Assembly: GCA_032718475.1 (NCBI GenBank)
Contig: JAUCBJ010006806.1
Span: 1 to 64,000, forward strand
Reading direction: 5' to 3'
DNA length: 64,000 nt
DNA from: Nemertoderma westbladi
Lineage: Eukaryota > Animalia > Xenacoelomorpha
In this document: piece after piece, positions 1 to 11,486 of the stretch
Position numbering within the stretch: position 1 is the first letter of the stretch
Layout: each line of letters opens with the position of its first letter
The notes under the pieces: model-generated
Database searches by the model: none
The model's input: only the letters and a program-made list of their open reading frames with translations
Told to the model about the DNA's origin: nothing
Translations under genes and position numbers: made by a program

Positions 1-3000
1 GGAGTTGATGTCGTCATTATCTGAGGAGTATGGTGTTCTCTCAGTTGAGTCGTCAACTTCACTGCTTTCCACTTCCCGTTCACTTAATTGATATACCTGT
101 TCTTTTGGTAATCTTTCCATAAGAGTTCTACGAGAAGGGCCAGTAAAGTACCAACCTACTCTAGTTCTTCCCGCATAAGCTTGTAGTGGTTGCGGTTGAG
201 CAGGCCGTTTCTCCAATGTCTCGAGCGCTTCATGCGCATTTTGACCGATGAGTATTTGGACTCCAGGGTAATCGGTGTTGAATCTAGGTATTCCAAACTG
301 CTGGGTGAAGTCGTCCTCATCCCAGTTATAAGGTTCCACTTGGGTGGTAGCGAAGTTCTTTATTGCCACCGTTTTCACTGACCTTATGCTATGTTCTCCT
401 AGTTCGTCCTGGGGGGTGGACAACGCACCTACATAATAATCCGCTGTTACTGTAGATTTCCAAACCTGCATAATTCCTGACATGTTTAGCTTAGTTCGGA
501 ACTTGGGTTGTCCAGCAAATATGTCTTCGGCTAGCTCTTTGTCGATGAATGTTCCTGTACTACCGGAGTCAAGGAGGGCGTTCACTACATAACTCCTTTT
601 TGGTCCGTGGACCCTTATCTGTACCACAGGAAATTCTCTAATCCCTACATTAGAAGTTGGCGCTATCCAAGATGGTTGTCGATCAGAAGTAGTTAGAGTG
701 AGGTCACTTTCTGTATCTTTTTCATAAGTGAGTGCTCGATACACTGCGGTATTTATCATGTAACAGGATTCGTTTTCGTCGGAGAACTGGTCCGTATAGA
801 ATCCTTCCATCTCAGATTGATCAGTGTCGTTCACATCACTGAATTGGACATGTAGTTCGGAATCACTCACCTGACTCGGACTATTTCGCTCGAATTCAGT
901 GTGCAACAAGATATGATGTTTCGCACCGCACTTTGCACACCTTGCGTCGGAGTAACAGGTTCGCCGTTGGTGTCCTCGTCTGAGGCAATTATAACACAAC
1001 CGCTTATCCCACATGACTTCACGTCTGTCCTTTAGTGATTTCCTCAGGAATTCATCACAGGCACTTAAACGGTGGGGCCCGTCGCACAGCACACATTTGG
1101 GCTTGATGTTACTTACTTTAACATGTGCTGTGTGGTGCACGTTCGTTCTTTCCTCGGGCTTTCTCACCTGAATTCTCTTGGGAGACGTAGGAGGAGTTTT
1201 TCTTACCTGTTCTCTCCTGTCATTGGTTCGAGACTTGAATTTACTTACCTGTTCTTTAGGCGTTTTATTGACATAATAAGCTCTTTCAGTGTCTTTCCCG
1301 CTATCCTCTCCTTGAGAAGTCTGGCTTTCGCTGCCGTCTGTATAACACACTGGTATTACCCTTCTCCTAGAAACGGGTTTCTCACTTACCTTGTTTTCCA
1401 GTGTCTTCTCTCTGGACTGCCTTAGGAGCTGTAATTTCACTTCTCTATCTAAGAATGACATGAGATCAGCCATGGTAGGGTCTCGTCGTTGTTGTTCCAT
1501 CATATATAACACTTTCTTGTCCCAGCGTGTACCTACTCCACCCTTGGGCAAAGTAGATGCTAAGGCTCCTACAACCATAGAATTCTGGTATTCATGAGAC
1601 TTACCTAACCAATCTAGTTGTCTACAGATCTCCTGAATCTCGTCGGAAAACTCTATAATCCCGCTGCTAAGAAACTTTCGGGGCGCCATTAATTTCGCAT
1701 ATAAATACCTAGCTATGTTAGTCCTATTACCATACCTGATGTTTAGTGTATCCCAAACTTGTCTTAATCCATCTGGATGTCCAATAAACTTTGACGCCAT
1801 TAACTTGGGAGATCCTTCCAAGCACTCGATGAGGAATCTAAGTTTCTCTCCGTTGGATAGCACAGAGTTCTGTATGTTATCTTTGTAATATTCATTAAAA
1901 GGTAACCATTTCATCTCATCTCCATTGAACTTGACTATCTCTCCAACCTTTACCGCTTGCCGGGCTTCGGTTCTAGCCATTTGATGCGTAAAACTTTCTT
2001 GGGCCATCGTGTTATTTAATATCGAGTTATCGGTATAGAAATTTCTCGGATTATGATCCGGTCTATAGGGAATATCATTATCAACAGGTCTATAATTACC
2101 CTTAATAGGGTTGACTATAGGAGTTTCTACTTCGCTAGCAGTATATATGCGTGTAGGCTCCACACCTTGCGCATGAGATACTTCAGACCTAACAGGTTGA
2201 CACATTGTTACAGGGGGTGGTGGTATACCCCTTTGTGTATTTACTAATTTATCGCGTTCTAGCGCGATACTTTGCTGCACTTCTTGCAACTCTAACCGAC
2301 TTTCCCTTACTGTGCCCTTGAATTGCTGAACGGTCTCCTGCATCTGTCCGAGCAGGAGATCCATCCCCCGTCGTCTCTCATCCACCCATTCGACCGCCGA
2401 AGCGGGATTCGCCAACGTTGTAGCGGGCGGACGAGGGACAACGGGCGACAAATCATGAATATTTCGCTCGGAGTCCAGGGCATGAACTGCCTCATGGGCT
2501 GTTCTGCTGGGCACAGGTAGCTTGGTACTGTGCAAAGGGAATTTAGAGGTAGGTTCAGGGAGTACAGGTGTCTCTACCACCGAAAGGGTGGCTTCGGGAA
2601 CAGGCCTAATTATTTCAGGCTCATCTACTATAGTAGGGAGTCTTTCTATTGTAATTATTTGGTCTGTGGGTTCTGTACTACCTAAGTTGGTGTTATTTAC
2701 TTGCCTTCTAACAGCTGGGGGCAAATCAGGCAATTTCTGATGGTGGGACATTCTTTTACGTCTGCTTAGGCGAGATCGAGTTCCTCCGCCTTCAGTGTCG
2801 GTGGTATCGCCTTCCTCAGATGATGTATAACCTTGTCTTTTGGGAGTAGATCGATTCATCATCTGCATATTACTAGCTGTTAACTGTTTATTAAAGTTGT
2901 CTTGTCTCTCTTGAAGATTTTCCAACTCTAGTTGGGTTGTCTCTTCAGATGCCCTCCGTTCTGCTTCTGCCACTGCTATTTTTCTTTCCGCTTCGGCTGC

Positions 3001-3426
3001 CTTTCTTTCCGCTTCTGCCGCTGCCACTGCCGCTGCTGCTGTCTTTCTATCTTCTATACGTTTTTTCTTTACTTGTTCTTCTTGAACCTTAGCGATGCGG
3101 ATACTTTCATCAAATTTAGCTTGGTTCGCAGCTATCCTATCCACATCAATTGCGTCCAACACACGCTGGGCTCCTTCACTATTAGGGCTAAGTCCATCTA
3201 ACCTTCTCCTCAACTCTTCATCTCCTAAAAAACGCTGATAGTCTGACAGATAGATGTCAATGGCATCCCTATTATGCGGTTTCTCTGCCGTCGCTTCACT
3301 TTCCACTTGGGAAAAAGTAGCGTCTGTTGATTCTCCATGGGTCTCGTTGTTCTCATCCAAGGGTCTCGTTGTTCTTGCTCCTATCGGGGTATATTGTTGA
3401 CATTGTGATGGGGGAATGTCACCCTG
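1..3426 (-). CDS. Bel/Pao Gag-protease reading frame, running off the window (start uncertain)
   Basis: Frame read by hand from QGDIPPSQ...LDENNETHGES through an Ala/Glu coiled coil; capsid, zinc-knuckle and LLDSG motifs lie downstream. Probably missing from the ORF track because no stop falls inside the window; I did not check every codon. Confidence 0.75.
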
Positions 3427-4650
3427 CCCCCCCCCCCACCGGTATGTTTGGTACTGGGGTTGATGTTAATATATTGGGGCCCATATACCTATCCGCAATA
3501 ATTCCCCCCTCCCTGGGTATATGTTATGTCCCTGCATGCTGTAGTCATACTGCTGTACTGGTACCGGTATAGGCCTATCAGCTTCTGGCCTACTCGCCGG
3601 TATGTATTCCGCGACTTCCGGGTTTAATCCCGTTGTCCGCGCTATCCTATCGCCTACATTGCCTCTCCCAGTATGGCCTATGGTATGTGCGCCAGCTCGG
3701 TAGTGCCTGCGCTATCGTGGTGATGTTATTGGACGCGTTGAGCTCGTATGGCGCGTCTAGCATCTTCAGCACAATCAGCGCCTTCTCGACTTTATACCTT
3801 TATACCTTCTCGACTTCAAACGTCTTAATGCTAACGGGGTTATCCTGTAGGCCACCCGATGTTATGCCTCTCAGCGTCTGCCTGATGATCTTGGCCGGGT
3901 GCCCGTATTCCCTATCCAGTGCCCGCCATGCTGTCGTGAAGCCGCCCTCTATTCCTTGGTATTGCCTCACGATATCGTATGCTGGGCCTCCCGTGTACAC
4001 TTGTAGATACTTTAGGCACTCCGCCTGCGTCAAGTTTTTTGTTAGTATTTCGTTACTATACATTCGCCGAAATTGTAAATATTCTTCCGGCCTACTCCCG
4101 TCGAACTTGAATGGTTCCACGGGTGGTAACTCGATCCTCGTTTTCAAAGCATCGATCAACGTGGCCATCCCTATCGCCTGCGCTTCCAATGGATTCGACG
4201 GGTGCTGTATAGTTTCCCCTGTCTGGTGCGTTCCGTCTGTCCTATTTCTTGATCTTCTCTGACTCGGATATGTCATCGGGGGTAGCGGCCCCCTCCATAT
4301 GTCTGTATCACACGACCTGTTTTCGTCCAAGGGTCTCGTTGTTCTTGCTACCATCGGGGTATATTGTTGATATTGTGATGGGGGAATGTCACCCTGTCCC
4401 CCCCCCACCGGTATGTCTGGTACTGGGGTTGATGTTAATATGTTGGGGCCCATGCACCTATCCGCAATAATTCCCCCCTCCCCTGGGTATATGTTATGTC
4501 CCTGCATGCTGTAGTCATACTGCTGTGCTGGTACCGGTATAGGCCTATCAGCTTCTGGCCTACCCGCCGGTATGTATTCCGCGACTTCCGGGTTTAATCC
4601 CGTTGTCCACGCTATCCTATCGCCTACATTGCCTCTCTCAGTATGGCCTA
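3354..4650. repeat. ~330-bp dispersed direct duplication (3354-3683 vs ~4324-4650)
   Basis: Near-identical stretches gggtctcgttgttcttgct...gctatcctatcgcctacattgcctct occur twice. Confidence 0.9.
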
Positions 4651-7600
4651 CGGTATGTGCAGTAAGGCCTATAGTATGTCCTACAGTCTGCATGTGTTGT
4701 TCGGGATCGAAGTTTATTCTTCTCGAATAATCCTCCCCGCGGCTACCGTAATCTCGTCCGGTAGGTACATTCCGTCGGAAAGTTTCTCTCCGACCCCCCT
4801 CTTTACTGTTCTCATCCTCGTTCTGGTACATCGCGTACCCCTCTCTCGGCGTGCAATGCGCCTCGCCGGGTCGCATCTCTCCGGGGCGACGGCAATCTCC
4901 CGGAGTCCGACCCCACTGACTCTCCGTTCTCATCTCGACTACCGACGGCTCGCTGTCCGTCCTCGCTCTTCTATCGTTTGCGGCGATACTTCTACTACTG
5001 TCTTCCTTTCTTCTCGTATCAGTGGAATATTCCCGCTCGCGAGATCTCTCGTCGACCTCCCGGTTAAACCCCACTGTTCTTCTTTCCTCCTCTGATTGGG
5101 CTCGATGCTTCGTCCGCCCTCCCGCAACGTCAACCTGTCTTTCCTTGCCCGGTCGCACGTCGCTGGGGATACTCGTAATCCCCCTATTACTTTCCGTCGC
5201 TGGTTGTTGCGGTTTACCTATTTCGGCCCTCGCATTATCCGCTGACGGCTGTGGGACACTCTCTGCCCCCCCCCCCCCCCCTTCTCGCCGCTAACTCTCT
5301 GTTGTGGGGCCCTCGTAGCCCCCCCCCACTCGCTACATCTAACTTCGCTACCTCTTTCCCCGCTATTATATACCTCTCTAGTCGACACATCAACCCTACC
5401 ACAGTCGGGTCTGTTCACCCTCGCCTCTCCCTCTGTTATTGCATGGCCTACCAGACCCTCTACTCCCTGCCTACCAACTACGTGGCCTACCAGGCCCTCT
5501 GCTCCCTGTCTACTAACTACGTGGCCTACCAGGCCCTCTGCTCCCTGTCTACTAACTACGTGGCCTACCAGGCCCTCTGCTCCCTGTCTACTAACTACGT
5601 GGCCTACCAGGCCCTCTGCTCCCTGTCTACTAACTACGTGGCCTACCAGGCCCTCTGCTCCCTGTCTACTGACTACGTGGCCTACCAGGCTCTCTTCCGC
5701 CTGGTTATGTAGGCCCGACGTGTTTACATTAATAGCACCCATATTAGAAACGGAATCAATTTGCTCGTTTGAAACAAAACCATTTGCATTATTCTGCGCG
5801 ACTACGTTATCTGAATTATTTTGTAAATTCGGGCTGAGATCATTATTTAAATTATTCGAATTATTCTGTGTAATTGCGTTATTTAAGTTATTTTGTAGGT
5901 CCGAATTCGGATTATTATTTTGATTATTTGAATTATTTTGCGTAACTACATCAACATTAGGATTATTTTCTACATTAGTATTGGGATTATTCTGATTTAA
6001 ATTTAAATTACTACCACTAGGCAAAGTATTTCCTGCAATAAAGGTTTGATTAGTGTTATCCCATACGGTACTATTAATATCAACAACGTCTACTGTACCA
6101 TTATTATTATTACCCCCCCCCCGCCCATACGGTTACACCAGTTTTGGGTCTGTCGTGCGGTCCCTGTCAGTGGGGTGTTAATGAACGTGTCTACGGCTCC
6201 TGGCTCCTCAAAAATACTCGAGCCGGCCCCGCTTTCAGACGGCAACACTCGGACCAATTCCAGATCGTGCGCCCGTCTAATCTTATTTTTTGCCGATACA
6301 CCTTGGCGTTTCTCTAATTCCCTTAACTCTCGCTCAGCCTTTGCCCCTCTCTCCTCACTCTCCTGGCTGTCCCGTCTGGCCGACTCTACTACACTCCTAG
6401 CGCTCTCCCTTCGTCTCGCCTCACGTTCTTTGCGTTCCTTTTCCCTTCTTGCCTCATATTCCTTGCGTTCCTTTTCCCTTCTTGCCTCACGTTCCTCGCG
6501 TTCCTCGTCCCTTTTTGCCTCACGTTCCTCGCGTTCCTCGTCCTCCCTTGCCTCACGCTCTCTGCGTTCCCTTTCCTCCCTAGCCTCACGCTCTCTACAC
6601 TCCTTTTCCTCTATTTCGTCACTCTCCCTAAGGCTCCTCAAAGCCCTTTCGACCCTCTCACCGTTCTCTTTAATCAATGCCGCTTCCCTCGCTAACCGCG
6701 CTCTCCCCTCCTCTAGCCGTTCCTCCATTTCCTTCTGACCTTGCTCTGCCACGTCGAGGCGGTATGCGGCACCTATCTCTCTCACCACTCTTTCTTTCGC
6801 GGAGGATGTAACAGACTTATCGGTTACGACGGACTTCCCCCGCCTTCCCGACCTACTAACTTTCCCCGGCCTCCCGGAGCTTTCTCCGACCGACGAGGCC
6901 GAATCCTCGGGGTTAACCTCGGATTCGCCCCCTTCGAGTCCCCTCCAACCCACTGGTTTTACTCCCCGGGCATCGACCAAGTATGGCCCTATGTACACTG
7001 GCGCTACACTAGGTTCCATACTCCCACACTCCCATAGTTCAAACAATTCGCCGGCTATCCTTTCTGCTCTCTCCCCGGCCAGTTCTCTCTGCCCAAAACG
7101 TATTAGGTAATTTAAGTGTCTATCCGACTCACCTAGTCGCTTTCTCAGTCTCACCTCGTCTACCTTCGCCCCTTCCTTCTTGGCGTCGTTTATCAGCTTC
7201 CGGGTCGCGTTGTAGGCCCGTCGAAGTCGCTCAGAAACCCCGACGTCCTCGTCGCCGACCTCTCCTCCGTCCCTCCGGGTTCGACGTCGTACCGGCGGCT
7301 CCACCGTCGCCGTTCCGGTGGGCCGTCCGTCGCCCTCGGCCTGTAGCTGGCCGGCGACATCGGTACCGATCTCTCCTCCGTCTCTTCGCGTCCGGCGTCG
7401 CACTGTCGGCCCCACCGTCGCCGTTTCGGTGGGCCGCTCGTCGCCCTCGGCCGGTAGCTGGCCGGCGACATCGGCGCGCCGTTCTCCCTCTCGTGTCGAC
7501 TCGTCTCCATCTCCCTCCATCTCGCTCTCTTTCTCTCTTGGCTCGACTTCGGGTTCCAGGCCCTCCTCGTCCTGGACTTCCGGTTCGCCCGTTATCGATG

Positions 7601-7697
7601 GCTCCGGCGTCGTGGGCCTGTATCGCTTGGTCGCGGCCTCGCGGATCGTTTGATCTTCGTCCGGGGTCCGCGTCGGTGTCTCGCCCGATTCACTCAT
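3685..7697 (-). pseudogene. Second, upstream Gag-like polyprotein (~1300 aa) broken by homopolymer frameshifts; contains its own DUF1759-like capsid domain
   Basis: ORFs 6090-7697, 5218-6024 and 3800-5158 join if frameshifts are allowed at C-runs (~6113-6122 and ~5265-5282): ...GGG-NNNNGTVDVVDINST...-> LPSGSN and ...GGG-AESVPQPSAD...-> VRPGKER. C-terminal part: RIELPPVEPFKFDGSRPEEYLQF...LKYLQVYTGGPAY...AWRALDREYG. Confidence 0.7.
5443..5690. repeat. 42-bp coding tandem repeat (~6 copies; AEGLVGHVVSRQG-type 14-aa unit on the minus strand)
   Basis: Unit cgtggcctaccaggccctctgctccctgtctactaacta... repeated head to tail. Confidence 0.95.
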
Positions 7698-7843
7698 CTC
7701 GTCTGCTCAGTGGAGTTCGACTAGCAAGCAGTGTAGTTCTCAGAGTTTAACTGGGGCGGCAGCTCGGATTTAGTTACTGTGACGGGATCCAGGAGGGATC
7801 CCGATTTATCCGATGTGGTAATTTAGTCCACGCGTCCCCGCCG

Positions 7844-8110
7844 TGTATAAGGGTGAAATAAAGTAACTGAGTTCTGAAGTTCGGTGTATAATAATAATAG
7901 GGCATAGGATATAGATATAGATATAATGTGTACAAGGCGGGATACGGTAACTAAAGTCCCGTGATCCCCTAACTAAACTAATTGACTGTACCCTACGCTA
8001 GCACTGCTGCACTGAGATAACTGAATCACTGATTAATAGGTTATTGGTTATATTGCACGGTGGCCTTACTGCTACTCAATCGATGCCATTCCCCCCTCTG
8101 ATTGGTTAAT
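7844..8110 (-). mobile_element. Putative 5' LTR of the Bel/Pao element (boundaries uncertain)
   Basis: Non-coding block just upstream of the Gag start. On the minus strand ...ccttataCA is followed by a PBS-like cggcggggacgcgtggac. No second LTR in the window to confirm. Confidence 0.3.
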
Positions 8111-8842
8111 ACCCTTGTTGGCGCCCCGTGGAGTATTCCCGTTCACTCCACCTGTTTCCTCTGGGTTAGGGGTTTGGCCCCTGACCCTCTATTGTGTGGT
8201 TCTCCTTCCCATTCTCATTGGGATGGCACGAGTTGGTTAATTGCCCAATCTCGTGGCTCCCAATATTGCTTATCGGCTTACAACTTTATGGGGTGTTGGC
8301 GGGATTGAATAAGCTAACATGGTTAGAAAACTCGGCCTTAACCTGCTCCTTTCCATCAATTGGTAATTGTTTTTGGCTATAAAATGAGTGTTTTGCCACG
8401 TCATGTGGTAATCGATTATCGACAACAACCACAAACTATTAAATATAGAGTCTTTTTACCACAGGCGCATATGGAAATCTATCTCATAGTCTATAAATCA
8501 TGGAATCATATGGAATTCACAAGCATAGTGAAATCAACTGTCTGACAGTCCAGAAATCAGCAGTCTGACAGTTTGAAGAAATACATACATAAAAAGTCAT
8601 TAAAAGGACAATAAAAGTCATTAAAAGGACAACAAAATTCATTATGCATAATTAGTAAAAAAAAATGACAAAAAAAATGTCAAATAGAAGTCAAATAAAA
8701 GGACATAAAAAATCACTGCCATGCCAAAGTGCCTTTGGGGAACTTTTCGTGTGACTTAGCCACACGTTGCAGTACCGGTACCAGTCTGCCAGTAAGTAAG
8801 AGTATGCCTATGGTTACCAGTTTAACAGTTCACAGTTAGTCA

Positions 8843-8942
8843 GACAATCTGACAGTCAGTCTGTCAGTTGCCAGAACTGCCTGACTGCAGTTCTGACAAT
8901 CTGACAGTTAGTCTGTCAGTTGCCAGAACTGCCTGACTGCAG
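8843..8942. repeat. 52-bp tandem duplication in the putative kinesin promoter/5' region
   Basis: gacaatctgacagt(c/t)agtctgtcagttgccagaactgcctgactgcag occurs twice in tandem. Confidence 0.85.
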
Positions 8943-9080
8943 TAGGCAGGCAGCCAGGCAGGTACCGGTACCGGTAGGCTTAATATACTAACGACAACGT
9001 CGCATTTAAACCAGAAAAATAGGTACCAAAACTTGTAGGCCTAAATGTGTTAGCCTATCGTCCAGCCGGTGGTATCTACG

Positions 9081-9227
9081 ATGTTCGGCATTCTCGAAGT
9101 AAACTGTTCGGTAGATATACAGCGGTCGGACGGTCGAATACATCCTGCTGTTGTACACAAACTAAATCCGGATTATAATTCAGTTGCTGTAGAATGGTTC
9201 GAGAATGGTGAAATTAAAGGAAAAGAG
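9081..9227 (+). CDS. KIF2A: Kinesin-13 (KIF2A/KIF2C/Klp10A-like), coding exon 1, N-terminal domain
   Basis: MFGILEVNCSVDIQRSDGRIHPAVV...SVAVEWFENGEIKGKE matches the kinesin-13 N-terminal signature (I.RSDGRIH.A.V...VEW.E.G..KGKEID). Donor GAG|GTTAGC, phase 0. Confidence 0.92.
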
Positions 9228-10200
9228 GTTAGCTGGTTCCTGGTTAGACAGTTAGAGTCTGGTTGGTCCTGGCAGCCTGGTCTGACTGTCTGATTGATTT
9301 TCTAATTGACTTTTTAAATGTTTTATACAGAGAATATCACCTGTCTGCCTGTTCTAGGAGTGATATACGATATATCAACCTGAAGCAAATAAACTTGTAG
9401 GCCTATAGGCCTAACTACCGAGGCCGAAGGCCGAGGTTGTTATACAAAGTTTATTATTTGCATTGGCAGTCTATTATAACCAAAACAATAAAAGAAAGCC
9501 TCTAGCACAGTTACAGTTTCATTTTTGCTCGTAATCACTAATCAGCTCCTATTTGCGTCCGTTTTCCCCTAGAGATGGTTGAAATTTGAATTCGTCTAAA
9601 AGCATTTTTGTTACCGGTAGGCCTATTTTTATAAATGTAGCTACGACTGACGACTGGAAGTCCCTACCAAAGTTCCAAGTTTTTATATCATTCTCAAACA
9701 ACTAAAATTCTATTTACACGCGTTTTATAAACATCTATCAATAACCATCAATCGGCCAAGCCCGAGCTCAACCATCTCTCAGACAAAAAAGGTGAATATT
9801 TAGTAATCGTTTTTAAACTGTTCCTATTTCATTGATATGTTTATTTATAATATTTATATTGCCATTGCCAGATTGCCGTGGTTGTTCTCTAGCTGTGTTT
9901 CTATTTTTTAACACCCTTTGATCTCTTCTTGTCATTTAAAACAGTGACGTTTCTTAATATATAAGGTTAACGAAATATAATGCTTACTATCCTTTTAAAG
10001 ATAATATCAGATCAGTTTTTCCCTTTTTTTGAACCGTGTCCGATCCTTTTTTTCCTTTTTTTGAACTGCATCTTATCTTTTTTTTGCAAATAAAAATTCC
10101 TTTTTTCATTTTTTTTCATCGATTATTTTGGCTGGGAGGGCTGTGTAGTTGTTTAGGCCTATTATTATAGTTAAATTTAAACTGCTTTCATGAGTTGCAC

Positions 10201-11134
10201 CATGGCCTACTATATATACGGCCTAACATGTTGTCGATTTGGCCTTAAAAAAAGAGGCCAGTTTTTTTGTACTGTTTTAATATTTTGATATGATAATATC
10301 TATAAATTGTCATTTGCTGCAATTTGGTCAACGTTCGTAATTGAAGTCTCTTCGTTAAGCAAGATACTAAATTTTATGGTAGCTAGTGTTTTAGATAGGT
10401 TTAGCTAGTAATTTCAACACTGATTCCGACAACCTACTTCCCTCTATAAATATATTGTAGTAGCTAGTTCTTATTACTATTTGTATAGAAAATGTTCCAG
10501 AACATGTTAGCTATTCATTTAAAAAAAAATCACGTTCTAGAACGAATATTTTTTGTTCTAGAACATTTTTTAGAAAAAAATCTAGATTCTATTTAAAACG
10601 CATGCATGGAATCGTTTTAAAACGTGTTTAAAATAAAATAAAAAAAATTTTTTCAAAAAATTTTATTCACAATATTATTTTTTCACAATTTTTTTTATTG
10701 ATTTTAAACACGTTTTAGAATGATTCCATTCGTTTTAAATAGATTACAGATTTTTTTCTAAAAAATGTTCTAGAACAAAAAATATTTGTTCTAGAACATA
10801 ACTTTTTTAATAATGAATAGCTAACATGTTCTGGAACATTTTCTATACTAATAGTAATAAGAACTAGCTACTACAATATATTTTTAGAGGGAAGTAGGTT
10901 GTCGGAATCAGTGTTGAAATTACTAGCTAAACCTATCTAAAACACTAGTTACCATAAAATTTAGTATCTTGCTTAACGAAGAGACTTCAATTACGAACGT
11001 TGACCAAATTGCAGCAAATGAAAATTAATAGAACTCTCCCCATAGCAAAATATCAAAATAGTGTAAAAAAAAACTGGCCTCTTTTTTTAAGGCCAAATCG
11101 ATAACATGTTAGGCTGTATATATAGTAGGCCATG
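10201..11134. mobile_element. Non-autonomous foldback DNA transposon (hAT-like), almost entirely palindromic
   Basis: Ends catggcctactatatatac... / ...gtatatatagtaggccatg; ~450-bp inverted arms; imperfect flanking duplication (gagttgcac / gattgcac); shares its core with 14582-15520. Confidence 0.85.
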
Positions 11135-11255
11135 GATTGCACATGCACTTTTATCCTGAAATTGTTCATAGAAAATTCTTCAATAGGGCCTATATCTTGT
11201 CTTCTGTTTATCTTTTCGCACTCACTCACTAGTCACAATGTTCTTTCGTTTCCAG

Positions 11256-11486
11256 ATCGATCTGAGGGTTCTAGCGGAACTGAACCCCCATCTGTTCCCC
11301 CCGGAGCAGCCGGCCAGCGCTCCGACTGTCTCCGCTAAACAACCGAACGGACACGCGTTTAAACATCCGGGGCCGCCCCCGCAGAAACAATCCCGTGTTG
11401 TTCCCACGCCATCTACCGTTACTACCGGCCACCCTCCGCCCCCGCACCATCAGTTGATCGATCCCCAACCAGCATCCACCCGACCT
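11256..11486 (+). CDS. KIF2A: Kinesin-13 coding exon 2
   Basis: Acceptor tttccag|ATC; IDLRVLAELNPHLF completes the KGKE-IDL..LNP motif; donor CCT|GTAAGT; 231 nt, phase 0-0. Confidence 0.9.

Larger units (their letters stand above)
1..7843 (-). mobile_element. Bel/Pao LTR retrotransposon, internal 5' part (gag-protease), rearranged; pol lies beyond the left window edge
   Basis: Minus-strand translation gives a DUF1759-like capsid region (VKFNGDEMKWLPF...EKLRFLIECLEG, ~1500-1960), the Bel/Pao triple zinc knuckle (CVLCDGPHRLSAC...LCYNCLRRGHQRRTC...CAKCGAKHHILLH, ~900-1100) and an aspartic protease motif (VNALLDSGSTGTFID, ~540-590). Confidence 0.9.

Noticed and set aside
190-7750. Plus-strand ORFs over the Bel/Pao region
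   Set aside because: Antisense shadows of the GC-rich, repetitive minus-strand Gag frames.
9001-9012. CHR cell-cycle promoter element (TTTAAA)
   Set aside because: A 6-mer in AT-rich DNA with unknown TSS cannot be supported.
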